From Hyalangium minutum (GTDB lineage Bacteria > Myxococcota > Myxococcia > Myxococcales > Myxococcaceae), in assembly GCF_000737315.1 (NCBI RefSeq), contig NZ_JMCB01000006.1, forward strand, positions 434,001-498,000: a stretch of DNA of 64,000 nucleotides. The letters are read 5' to 3'. The notes beneath the pieces are model-generated. The model saw only the letters and a list, made by a program, of their open reading frames with translations, was not told the DNA's origin and ran no database searches. The translations under genes were made by a program, and so were the position numbers. Of the stretch, positions 17,953-27,208 are shown piece after piece (position 1 is the stretch's first letter; each line of letters starts with the position of its first letter).

Positions 17953-18148
17953 CGTCTCAAGAACACCACGGATGAGGATCCGTGCGGCCTGCGTCACACC
18001 GTGGTGGGTTTCCGAGCGGGAGCGCCGGCGCAACTACCCTCCAGGGCAGTTCCCGAAGCATTCGCCTCCTCGCGCGCCCAACGGAGTTGCGCCTGGGCGC
18101 GTTCTCCGTGGAATAATGCATCCCTCGTCACAGGAGCCCTCTCCCGCC

Positions 18149-18775
18149 ATGCCCTCCACGAATGTGATCCCAACACCTCCGGGAGGCGTGGAGGCGGATT
18201 ACGAGCGGCGCATCCAAATGACGACCCCGGAGGACACAGCGCGCGGCTTGTTCTTCAACGGCGTGCTGTCCGCCGTCGTGTCCCTGGGAGGGGATGCGGC
18301 CCTGAAGCAGTGCCACTCCCAACTGAACGACAAGCGCTTCGAGAAGCGCTTCACCGACTTCGCCAGCTACCCGGTGGCCGACTTCCTGCGGCTGGCGCTC
18401 GCCGCCACCCGGGTGCTCAGCCCCAAGCTCGGGGGCTCGGAGCTCACCCAGCAGCGGCTGGGCGGCCAGGCCACCCATGACTTCCTCAGCTCCATGGCGG
18501 GCCGCACGCTGCTGCTGCTGTCAGGGGATTCCCCCAAGCGGCTGGTCGGCAACCTCGCCTCGGGGTACCGCTCCGCGGTGAGCTACGGCGAGCGCATCGT
18601 CTCCATGCAGGGGGACCACGCCGCCCGCGTGGTGATGAAGCGCGACTTCATGCTGCCGCTCTACAACGAGGGCGTGCTCAAGGCGCTGCTGGAGTCCGTC
18701 CACGCCAAGGACGCGCAGGTGCGCGCCAAGCCTCTCGGGCAGCTGGACTGCGAGTACGAGCTGTCCTGGAGCTAG
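18149..18775 (+). CDS. DUF2378 / TIGR02265 myxobacterial family protein
   Basis: TARGLFFNGVL, YPVADFLRL, FLSSMAGRTLL, YRSAVSYGER; start at ATG 18149 (or 18116). Confidence 0.85.
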   Translation: MPSTNVIPTPPGGVEADYERRIQMTTPEDTARGLFFNGVLSAVVSLGGDAALKQCHSQLNDKRFEKRFTDFASYPVADFLRLALAATRVLSPKLGGSELTQQRLGGQATHDFLSSMAGRTLLLLSGDSPKRLVGNLASGYRSAVSYGERIVSMQGDHAARVVMKRDFMLPLYNEGVLKALLESVHAKDAQVRAKPLGQLDCEYELSWS

Positions 18776-18835
18776 CAGCGCCCGGCCCCTCGGCTGCTGG
18801 AGGCCCGGCGCACGGCGGAGGACCGCGTTAGAACT

Positions 18836-20008
18836 GTGCCCGTGACTGCTCCCTCCCTTCGCGTCAAGGTGCTCGACTCCATCACGGACCTTCCCGCCGC
18901 GCAGTGGGACACCCTGGCGGGCCCTACCGCGCCCCCCTTCGTGAAGCATGACTGGCTGACGGCCATGGAGGAGAGCGGCAGCGCCCGCATGGAGACCGGC
19001 TGGGCGCCTCACCACCTGACGCTCTGGCGAGGCAAGACGCTCGTGGCCGCCTCGCCCGCCTACCGGAAGTACCACAGCATGGGAGAGTACATTTACGACT
19101 TCTCCTGGGCGCAGGCCGCCGCGCGCATGGGCGTCGAGTACTACCCGAAGCTCGTCATCGGCGCGCCGCTCTCCCCCGCCACCGCCCCGCGCTTCCTGGT
19201 GGCCCCGGGCGAGAACGTCCGCGAGGCGCGCCACGCGCTCGTGGAGGCCGCCATCGAGAGCGCCCGCGAGGAGAACTGCTCCTCCATCCATGTGCTCTAT
19301 CCCACCGAGGACGAGGCGGACTTCCTGGAGCAGTCCGGCATGGCGCGGCGGATGACGCTGCAGTTCCACTGGAAGAACCCGGGCTACCGCACGTACGACG
19401 ACTACCTGGCGCGCTTCAGCTCCAAGCGCCGGCACCAGCTGCGCAGGGAGCGCGGCGCCGCCGAGGAGCAGGGCATCACCCTGCGCACCCTTCAAGGCGA
19501 GGAGCTCACCGCAGAGCACGCGCGGCGGGCCCACGCCTTCTACGCGGCCACGTGCGAGCAGTTCGCCTGGGGCCAGGTGCAGCTCACCCCGGACTTCTTC
19601 GCCCGCGTGTTCCGCACCATGCCCGAGGCCATGCAGATGGTGGAGGCCTCGCACGGCAAGAAGGTGATTGCCGGCGCCTTCAATGTAGCCACGCCCGAGC
19701 GGCTCTATGGGCGCTACTGGGGCTGCTTCGAGGAGCACCCCTTCCTCCACTTCCACGTGTGCCTGTACCACTCGGTGGATGAGTGCATCCGGGCGGGCCG
19801 CCAGGTGTTCGAGCCCGGCGCGGGTGGCGAGCACAAGATTTCGCGCGGCTTCGAGCCCACAGCCGTGCACAGCGCGCACCTCATCTTCGACCCGAACCTG
19901 AACCGCGCCATCCGCGACTTCCTGCGCCGGGAGAAGGCCCACCTGGCTCCCGCCGTGGCCGAGGCAGAGAAGCTGGCGGGCCTCAAGCCCTGGCCCCTGG
20001 CTGGCTAG
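18836..20008 (+). CDS. GNAT/FemAB-like protein (DUF482 type)
   Basis: K.HSMGEYIYDFSWA, YYPKL, LYGRYWG, LHF.VCLY, FEPGAGGEHKISRGF.P. Confidence 0.88.
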   Translation: MPVTAPSLRVKVLDSITDLPAAQWDTLAGPTAPPFVKHDWLTAMEESGSARMETGWAPHHLTLWRGKTLVAASPAYRKYHSMGEYIYDFSWAQAAARMGVEYYPKLVIGAPLSPATAPRFLVAPGENVREARHALVEAAIESAREENCSSIHVLYPTEDEADFLEQSGMARRMTLQFHWKNPGYRTYDDYLARFSSKRRHQLRRERGAAEEQGITLRTLQGEELTAEHARRAHAFYAATCEQFAWGQVQLTPDFFARVFRTMPEAMQMVEASHGKKVIAGAFNVATPERLYGRYWGCFEEHPFLHFHVCLYHSVDECIRAGRQVFEPGAGGEHKISRGFEPTAVHSAHLIFDPNLNRAIRDFLRREKAHLAPAVAEAEKLAGLKPWPLAG

Positions 20009-20089
20009 CCGCTCCCCGGCCCGTCCAGGAGACGTTTGGTGAATTTACGAAGTTGTGAAACCGGTCAGGCCCTTTAGAGTCCGCCTCAT

Positions 20090-20776
20090 ATGAAAGCGCC
20101 CGAGACGGAAGAGGACTTCGTCCAATGGTATGAGGACTGCTGGGCCGATCGCGACGAGGTGGAGTACCCGAAGCTCTTCGGGGCCATCAGCGATGACGTC
20201 TACACCTTGGAGCAGACAGGTGCTCTGCAAGCGTGGCTCGAGACCGACCTGGCCCAGGTCCAGGAGCTGGATCCGAACTGGGACCCCATGGGCGTGCGAG
20301 TGGCTCCGCCCAGCGAGAAGTTCCCGTACTGGTCCTACGTGACGAGCGGCCTGTCCAACCCGTTCACCGTGGCCCCGGGCGCCGAGGTGGCCCCGGACGC
20401 CCCGAGCGGCATTGGCTACGAGATGGTCATCCACACGCCCGAGGAGGCGCAGTGGCCGGTGCTCCGGCTGCTGGACATGATGGCCTACAACCTCGTGTGC
20501 CTGCGCGCCTTCGCGATGGGCCACCGCTATCCGGTGGAGGGCTCGCTCACCGGCGGAGAGTCGAAGCTCAACGGCTTCGTCTTCGTGAAGGATCCGTCGC
20601 GTGCCGCTGAGTTCACCCTGCCCTCGGGCAAGGTGCAGCTGCTCACGCTGGTGGGCGTCACCAAGAACGAGATGGCCTTCAGCCGCTCCAACGGCGCGGA
20701 CAAGCTGATGGCCAAGCTCGTCCAGGCGGGCACCGGCTACATCACCCACCCGGAGCGGGAAGAAGTGAAGCTGTAG
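20090..20776 (+). CDS. Suppressor-of-fused (SUFU) domain protein
   Basis: WSYVTSGLS, GIGYEMV, WPVLRL, GKVQLLTLVGVTKNE typical of bacterial SUFU. Confidence 0.8.
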   Translation: MKAPETEEDFVQWYEDCWADRDEVEYPKLFGAISDDVYTLEQTGALQAWLETDLAQVQELDPNWDPMGVRVAPPSEKFPYWSYVTSGLSNPFTVAPGAEVAPDAPSGIGYEMVIHTPEEAQWPVLRLLDMMAYNLVCLRAFAMGHRYPVEGSLTGGESKLNGFVFVKDPSRAAEFTLPSGKVQLLTLVGVTKNEMAFSRSNGADKLMAKLVQAGTGYITHPEREEVKL

Positions 20777-20823
20777 GCTTCAGGGGAGGCGAGGCGGCCG
20801 GGGCTCCCCGGCCGCGCTCACGC

Positions 20824-21606
20824 TCAGGAGGCGCGCAGGCTCGGCACCGGCAGCCGCGGCAGGTCCAGCTTCGGCAGCTTGAGCGTCTTGCGCAGCTCCT
20901 CGCCCGCGCGGCCCAGCGTCTCCGCCGTCTTGCCGCCCAGGCGCGCCACGTCGTCCGGGTTCAGCTTGCCGATCTTCGCGGCGATCTGCTTCACGCCTTC
21001 CTTGCCGAGCAAGTCCCTCAGCTCCGGCGTGGCGGCCAGCTTCACCTGATCCTGCGCGGAGAGGTTCAGCACGCCCGCTTGCACGCACGCCTGCGAGAGC
21101 GCCTCGGAGGTGAACTTCTTGAAGGCCTCGGGGTCGCGCTCCAGCTGAGCGAAGCCCGCCGGGTCCGCAGCGCGCTTCTGCTCCACGGCGTCCTGCAGCC
21201 CCTTCACCGCGCGGTCACGCCACGCCAGCCCCGCGGGCTGCAAATCCTTGGCGCCCAGGCTGCTGAGCTTCTCCAGCGAGCGCTGGCCCTGGCCCTGGTA
21301 CAGCTCCGGCGCCACCGCGTCCGGGTTGCGCCGCGCGAAGTCGTCCGCGCGCTGCCGGAAGTAGTCGGCGCTGGGCGTGCGCACCTCGGTGGGCAGCGAG
21401 CGTCCGGCCGCAGGGCCTGCGGCCCGGCCAGCGCCACCCGCGCGCGAGGCTTCGAATCCATCACCCGAGACTGAGGTCTGCCGCGTCGGTGCCTCGGAGC
21501 TCCGGGCCGTGGTGGCCGGTGCTTCCTTGGCGGTTGCAGGCTTGGTTGTTGCTGTTTCTGCCTGCTGGGGACTTCTTAAAGGCCCTCCTGAGCCGTTGAC
21601 GCGCAT
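20824..21606 (-). CDS. Hypothetical protein, low-complexity Ala/Thr/Ser N-terminus plus helical domain
   Basis: GC3-rich codon usage in the C-terminal part of ORF 20824..22350; likely start ATG 21606 (MRVNGSGG). Confidence 0.65.
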   Translation of the reverse strand: MRVNGSGGPLRSPQQAETATTKPATAKEAPATTARSSEAPTRQTSVSGDGFEASRAGGAGRAAGPAAGRSLPTEVRTPSADYFRQRADDFARRNPDAVAPELYQGQGQRSLEKLSSLGAKDLQPAGLAWRDRAVKGLQDAVEQKRAADPAGFAQLERDPEAFKKFTSEALSQACVQAGVLNLSAQDQVKLAATPELRDLLGKEGVKQIAAKIGKLNPDDVARLGGKTAETLGRAGEELRKTLKLPKLDLPRLPVPSLRAS

Positions 21607-21900
21607 GACACTACTCCTCAATCTGGTTCGGCCCATCTCTGAAGGCATGGGCGGGTGATCCTCGAATCCATTGTCGCACCAGTCCGCGGGAAGTTGCTCG
21701 CGATCAGCCGCGAAAACTTCCCGGAGTGTCGCCTCCCAGGCTCGGACCATGTAGCACAATGTAGGCACGCCCTTGGGAAAGAGAGGGGCCGCCCGGGGAT
21801 GGGGCCTGTACGATAGGCAGCGGTGAGGAAGCGCCGTGGCTTGCGGCGTGGCGTGGTGGAGATCGAGCCTGTCCTCGCGGGCTCTCGACGGGGGGTGGAC

Positions 21901-22284
21901 GTGGAACGGGTGTTGGTGCTCGAGGACGACAACGACCTGAGGACGCTGCTGTGCGAGCTGCTGGTCGCCTCGGGCGCGGCGGCGTGCGTGAGCGCCGGGT
22001 CCGTGGAGGCCATGGTCCGCCAGAAGGAGCAGGTGCTGGGGTGCGAGCTGGCCCTGCTGGATGTGAACCTGGGCGCACAGGCTGCCAGCGGCTTGGACGC
22101 CTATCATTGGCTGCGGGAGAACGGCTTTGGGGGGCGTATCGTCTTCCTGACGGGCCATGCCCGCTCCCATCCCTTGGTGCGCCAGGCGCACGCGCTGACC
22201 CAGGCGCAGGTGCTGTCCAAGCCCATCGACGCGAAGGTACTCATGGCACTGGTGGGGAAGGGCGATGGCTCGCGTGGCACCTAG
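21901..22284 (+). CDS. Single-domain response regulator (receiver)
   Basis: VLVLEDD, ALLDVNLG (phospho-Asp), VFLTGH, LSKP. Confidence 0.85.
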   Translation: MERVLVLEDDNDLRTLLCELLVASGAAACVSAGSVEAMVRQKEQVLGCELALLDVNLGAQAASGLDAYHWLRENGFGGRIVFLTGHARSHPLVRQAHALTQAQVLSKPIDAKVLMALVGKGDGSRGT

Positions 22285-22300
22285 CCCGGCCCGGCTCCAG

Positions 22301-23158
22301 GTGACGGATGAACAGCGCGCCCGAGCGTGGTGGGGCGCGTTGTTCGCCACCGCGATGACGCTGCTGGGCGAGGTGGCCTACCTCTTCATCGACTTGCGGG
22401 TGCACCCGGACGACCTGACGCTGCCGGTGCTCCGGGCCCTGCACGCGCTGGAAGCGGCGGGGCTGCTGGCGCTGCTGGTGGCCCGGCGTGGGACGGCCTC
22501 CCCGGAGCTGGGCGCCGGGGTGTTCACCGCGGTGGCGCTGCCGTACCTCCTCATCTTCGCCGTGGCGGAGGTGGCCATGGCGGCGCTGGGGCACCCGTGG
22601 ATGCCGCTGACGGGCCACCGGCTGCTGATGCTGGGCATTGGCCTGCTGGCACCCACGGGGCTGATGCTGGGCATTGGCCTGATTGGGGCGTTCGCGCTGG
22701 AGGGGGTGCTGCTCTGGTACGGCCTGGCGCTGGCCGAGCGGCTGGACATGCCGTGGGAGCCGTGGATCACCCTGGTGTGGGGCGGCACGGCGTGCGGGCT
22801 GCTGGTGTTCCGGGTGCGGACACAGCGCATCGAGCAACGGCTGCAGCGGGCGCGCGCCGAGGCCGAGTCCCTGGAGCGGGTGGCGCGGCTGTTCCTGGCG
22901 ATGCGGGATGCAGCCAACACGCCGCTCCAGTCCCTGGGGGTGGGCGTGAGCCTGCTGCAGCAGCGCGCGCCGGAGAACGCCGCCCTGCTCGTGACGATGG
23001 AGCGGGCGCTGACGCGGCTGCGCTCGCTCACCCAGCGCATGGCGATTGCCGATCCGCTGCTGGACTGGGACTCCCACGAGGAGTCCATCGATGCCGAAGA
23101 GGTCCTGCGCAGCCTGGAGGAGTCGCTCCAGCGCGAGCTGGAGCGGCGGCGGCACTAA
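22301..23158 (+). CDS. Multi-pass membrane protein with degenerate HisKA-like helix, no HATPase domain
   Basis: About six TM segments, coiled coil, then LAMRDAANTPLQSL resembling an H-box without His; protein ends shortly after. ORF track start 22265. Confidence 0.65.
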   Translation: MTDEQRARAWWGALFATAMTLLGEVAYLFIDLRVHPDDLTLPVLRALHALEAAGLLALLVARRGTASPELGAGVFTAVALPYLLIFAVAEVAMAALGHPWMPLTGHRLLMLGIGLLAPTGLMLGIGLIGAFALEGVLLWYGLALAERLDMPWEPWITLVWGGTACGLLVFRVRTQRIEQRLQRARAEAESLERVARLFLAMRDAANTPLQSLGVGVSLLQQRAPENAALLVTMERALTRLRSLTQRMAIADPLLDWDSHEESIDAEEVLRSLEESLQRELERRRH

Positions 23159-23162
23159 CCGC

Positions 23163-23963
23163 TCAACGCCGGGCCAGCTTCAGGTCGAGCGCATCGGACA
23201 GCGCTCGCAGCTTCTCCTGCACTCGCGCGACGTTCTTGGGCCCCATGCGCAGCAGATGCTTCTGGGCCGGAGTGAGCGCCTCAAGCGACGTGTCCTTGTA
23301 GGCCCACACCGCGCCGCGTGGCACCACCTCCGTGTCACCGCGCACCACGGGCACCTCGAGCAGGGTCTGAATGGAGCGCTGGAGCGCCTGATCAAAGCGT
23401 GCTCCTGGGGGCGCCAGGATCGCGTAGGCCGCGGAGAGCGCCGGACGCAGGGCTGAATAGGCTCGGCCCGTCGCCTCCACATCCAGCGAGCTCACCACGC
23501 GGGCCACGGTGTCGTAGCGCGCGTAGCTCGCGGCGGAGATGAAGGTCCCTGTCTTGCGCTCCTCCACCTTGAAGCTGCCCTGCGGCGCCAGGAAGGAGAG
23601 CGGCTCGCGAGGGCTGTGGCCCTCGGAGACAGCGGCCACCGCGGCGGCGATGCGGTCGACGAGCCCGCTCGCTTGCAGCCACCGCGCGTATTCGGGATCC
23701 GAGGACAAGGACTCGAGCAGCTCCAGAGGAGGACGGGTGTGGATCGGCGCCACCGGAGCCTGCGGCACCGCAGCCACGGGGGGCGGGGCCATGACTGGAG
23801 GGGAAAGTGCAGCAGGGCTGGAGCCGGGCTGACTCCACCACACGGCTCCGGCCACCAGCCCTCCCACCGTCAATACTCCCAAAGCAACGAGGGCGAGGTT
23901 TCGGGCGCGCACCGGGGCGGGCGTTGCATTCTGCGAGGGTGAGGGTGGCAAAGAGTCATTCAT
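23163..23963 (-). CDS. DUF3014-like protein
   Basis: N-terminal TM, Pro-rich linker, SYARYD, Y...RP...AY, Y.YKD..LEAL.PAQK.LLRMGPKN. Confidence 0.8.
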   Translation of the reverse strand: MNDSLPPSPSQNATPAPVRARNLALVALGVLTVGGLVAGAVWWSQPGSSPAALSPPVMAPPPVAAVPQAPVAPIHTRPPLELLESLSSDPEYARWLQASGLVDRIAAAVAAVSEGHSPREPLSFLAPQGSFKVEERKTGTFISAASYARYDTVARVVSSLDVEATGRAYSALRPALSAAYAILAPPGARFDQALQRSIQTLLEVPVVRGDTEVVPRGAVWAYKDTSLEALTPAQKHLLRMGPKNVARVQEKLRALSDALDLKLARR

Positions 23964-24124
23964 GGTGGCGGCCTCTCAGAGGGGAGATGGGCTGTGGAAT
24001 GCAGCCACTTCAGAAGGAAGCACGCGGCGTGCCGTCCACGAGCCCCCGCAATGCGGGCCGGTTTCCGCCTTTCAGTTCGCTCGGCGAGGGGGCTAGGGTG
24101 CATCCGTCTTTCACCTCTGCCCTC

Positions 24125-25201
24125 ATGCTCCCCACTGCCATCACCGCGCTGACCGCTGAGCCGTTGGATCTTCCCCTCACCGAGCCCTTCGCCATCGCTA
24201 CCGGGGCGCAGCACGTGGCGCACAACGTGCTCGTGCGCCTCACGCTGGCCGATGGCACCACCGGCCTGGGCGAGGCCGCGCCCTTCACTGCCGTCAGTGG
24301 AGAGACCCAGGCCCGGACGCTCGCTGCCATCCAGTCCATGCGCGAGCGGCTCATCGGTCAGGACGTCCGCGCCTGGCGCCCGCTGTCTGTGTCCCTCACC
24401 GAGGCGCTGCCCCATGAGCCCTCGGCCCGCTGCGGATTGGAGACTGCCCTCCTGGATGCGTTGACGCGGCACCACCGCGTCCCGCTGTGGGTCTTCTTCG
24501 GTGGCTCCGGTACGGAGCTGGACATCGACATGACGGTGACGGCCGGGGACCGCGCGCACGCCATCTCCTCCGCCCGCGCCATCATCGCCCGGGGCATCAC
24601 CACCCTGAAGGTGAAGGTCGGCGCCCTCCCCCCCGAGCAGGACGTGGAGCGGCTCATCGCCATCTATGAGGTGGCGCCCCAAGCGCGGCTGTTCGCCGAT
24701 GCCAACGGCGGCTACACCGTGCCTCAGGCCCGCGCCTTCCTCGCCGGCCTGGAGCGGGCCAATGTGCCGCTCGCGCTGTTCGAGCAGCCCGTCTCCGCCG
24801 ATGACATCACCGGCATGGCCGAGCTCACCCGCAGCTCCCGCATGCCCATCTGCGCCGACGAGTCCGCCCGCTCCGCCCAGGACGTACTGCGGCTCATCCG
24901 CGAGCGCGCCGCCAGCGGCATCAACATCAAGACCATGAAGTGCGGCGTCGTGGAGTCTCTCATGATGTGGCACCTGGCCCGTGCCTCGGGCATGGCGCTG
25001 ATGATCGGCGGCATGGTGGAGAGCACGCTGGCCATGAGCCTGTCAGCCCACCTCGCGGCGGGCCTCGGCGGCTTCCACTACGCGGACCTCGATACGCCCC
25101 TCTTCATCGCCAAGCACCCGTTCCGCGGCGGGTACCACCAGCAGGAGTCCCGGGTGAGCATCGGGGATGTCACCGCAGGCCACGGCGTGGAGCTGGCGTA
25201 G
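24125..25201 (+). CDS. L-Ala-D/L-Glu (dipeptide) epimerase, enolase superfamily
   Basis: PFAIA, GLGEAAP, TLKVKVG, DANGG, EQP, ADES, NIK, GGMVES, DLDTP. Confidence 0.9.
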   Translation: MLPTAITALTAEPLDLPLTEPFAIATGAQHVAHNVLVRLTLADGTTGLGEAAPFTAVSGETQARTLAAIQSMRERLIGQDVRAWRPLSVSLTEALPHEPSARCGLETALLDALTRHHRVPLWVFFGGSGTELDIDMTVTAGDRAHAISSARAIIARGITTLKVKVGALPPEQDVERLIAIYEVAPQARLFADANGGYTVPQARAFLAGLERANVPLALFEQPVSADDITGMAELTRSSRMPICADESARSAQDVLRLIRERAASGINIKTMKCGVVESLMMWHLARASGMALMIGGMVESTLAMSLSAHLAAGLGGFHYADLDTPLFIAKHPFRGGYHQQESRVSIGDVTAGHGVELA

Positions 25202-25204
25202 GGC

Positions 25205-26407
25205 CTACTTCAGGCCCTCGGCCGGTCCGGGCGGGGGCTTGGCGGCCGCGGCCACCTCGAGCGCCTTCTCCAGCTGGGGATCCTTCCCCGCCGCGTACGG
25301 CAGCGCCTCGGGCACCTCGACGTCCGGAGTGACTCCGACGCCCTCCAGCCGCGTTCCATCGATGGTCACGTCCATCACCGCCAGATAGAACAGGTCCCCG
25401 TTGGACAGGCGCAGGGGCGTGCCCGCCAAAGCCGCGCCCGCGGTCCGCTCGCCCACCAGCTTGGCCATCTCGCGCTGCTTCATGGCGAACGCCACCAGCT
25501 CCTTGCCGCTGCGCGAGCCGCCGTTCACCAGCAGCACCACGGGCTTCACCCAGGAGCCCACCGACACCACCTGCTTGCCGTCCCGCGCCACGGACGTGAG
25601 CACCGGCAACCGCGTGTTGAAGAGGTTGAGGAAGTCCACGTTGCACCCGCCCCACCCATCCCGCAGGTCCACCACGAGCGCGTCCGCCTCCTGCCCCTTG
25701 CCGAGGATGTACTCGGCCAGCGCCTCCTGGTGCTCCGAGCCCGCGCACGAGTAGACGTACTGGTAGGCCACGCGCTTGCCGCCGCGCTCGAGGATGCGCG
25801 AGCTCTTCTCCTGCACCTCGAGCCACTCGGCCTTCGGGTCCACGCGGCGCGGCGTCACCGTCACCGTGAGCGGCCGTGCGCCCTTCGCCCGCTCCACCGT
25901 CACCTGCGTGGGCTTGCCGGTCCGGTCCTTCAACGAGCGCACCGGGTGGAAGGGCTTGCCCTCCACGCTCACGATGCGGTCTCCCCGCTTCAGGCCCGCC
26001 GTGTCCGCCGGCCCGCCCGGGAAGACGTGGCGCACGAAGAAGCCCTCGGGGCGCTCCACCACGTCCACGCCCATGCTCACGTACTCCACCTCCTTCAACT
26101 TCAGGAACGGCCGGAAGATGGACGAGAGCGCCACGAACCCCTGGCTCTCGCGCGGGTAGTACGCCGTGTGCGAGGCCTTCAAGTCCGCCAGCGCCTCGTT
26201 CGTGAGCCGCTCGAAGTCCTCCTCCGACTTCGCCGCCGCACCGTAGCCCTGGTGGCTCCGGGCCCACTCCACCCCCTTCTTCGCGTCGTAGAAGCGCTCG
26301 CGCACCTGGGCCACCACCTCGTCCCCCCGCTTCGCGTACGCACCGGCAGCCTGGGCCCCTGCGCTCGTGCTCACCAGCCAGAGCCCCACCGCAATCCAGC
26401 GTTGCAT
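25205..26407 (-). CDS. S41-family peptidase with PDZ domain
   Basis: Signal peptide, FYD, SHT.YY, GPADTAGLKRGD (PDZ), VVDLRDGWGG, SRSGKE, GERTAG, GVGVTPDV. Confidence 0.85.
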   Translation of the reverse strand: MQRWIAVGLWLVSTSAGAQAAGAYAKRGDEVVAQVRERFYDAKKGVEWARSHQGYGAAAKSEEDFERLTNEALADLKASHTAYYPRESQGFVALSSIFRPFLKLKEVEYVSMGVDVVERPEGFFVRHVFPGGPADTAGLKRGDRIVSVEGKPFHPVRSLKDRTGKPTQVTVERAKGARPLTVTVTPRRVDPKAEWLEVQEKSSRILERGGKRVAYQYVYSCAGSEHQEALAEYILGKGQEADALVVDLRDGWGGCNVDFLNLFNTRLPVLTSVARDGKQVVSVGSWVKPVVLLVNGGSRSGKELVAFAMKQREMAKLVGERTAGAALAGTPLRLSNGDLFYLAVMDVTIDGTRLEGVGVTPDVEVPEALPYAAGKDPQLEKALEVAAAAKPPPGPAEGLK

Positions 26408-26560
26408 CCGTGTCTCCTCCCCTCTCGCTCGGGAGAGGCCGGCGGTGAGGGTACCCGCCTTCCTGTCCCCCTGCCCATGCCGGAGGTGAATGGGTGGAAT
26501 GTGCGCTGGCGCACACGTGACCCGGCGAAGGCGGTCCCTCCCGGTTAATCATGGGGACTC

Positions 26561-27199
26561 GTGCTGGACTCACTCGACACGCCGCTCCGCCTCGCCCTCG
26601 TGGCCGAGGATCCGCTCGCTCGCGGGGCCCTCTCCCGGGCGCTCTCCGACCAGGGCGGCGAGGGCCTCACCCTGGCCGCGGCCGGGACGCTCGCGGAGCT
26701 GGAGTCCGCCCGCACCGAGCCTCCGGACGTGGTGCTGTGGGACGTGGGTCTGCGCCTCACCGGTGCCGAGGGACGCCTGGAGGCCCCGGACCTGGGCGCG
26801 CCCGTGCTCGCGCTCGTGCCGGAGGAGGCGGCCGCGGAGCTGGCCCTGGGCGCGGGGGCTCGGGGCGTGCTCTTCCGGGACGCCGCTCCTGGCGCATTGG
26901 TGGCCGCGCTTCGGGCCGTGGCCCAGGGGCTCGCCGTCTTCGAGCCCACGCTCTCCCCCGTGCGCGTGGCCCCGCGGGCCTCCGCCCCTCCCACCCCGCC
27001 TGAGGCCCTGACGCCTCGGGAACGCGAAGTCCTCGCGCTGCTGGCCGAGGGCCTCTCCAACAAGGCCATTGCCGACCGGCTCGCCATCAGCGAACACACC
27101 GCGAAGTTCCACGTCAACGCGGTACTCGCCAAGCTGGGCGTCCAGCGGCGGACTGAAGCCGTCGTCAGAGCGGCGCGCCTGGGTTTGGTGACGCTATAA
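26561..27199 (+). CDS. NarL/LuxR-family response regulator with atypical receiver
   Basis: C-terminal LTPREREVLALLAEGLSNKAIADRLAISEHTAKFHV; receiver has PDVVLWD but lacks the conserved Lys and Thr/Ser. Confidence 0.9.
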   Translation: MLDSLDTPLRLALVAEDPLARGALSRALSDQGGEGLTLAAAGTLAELESARTEPPDVVLWDVGLRLTGAEGRLEAPDLGAPVLALVPEEAAAELALGAGARGVLFRDAAPGALVAALRAVAQGLAVFEPTLSPVRVAPRASAPPTPPEALTPREREVLALLAEGLSNKAIADRLAISEHTAKFHVNAVLAKLGVQRRTEAVVRAARLGLVTL

Positions 27200-27208
27200 C
27201 TCCCGGGA

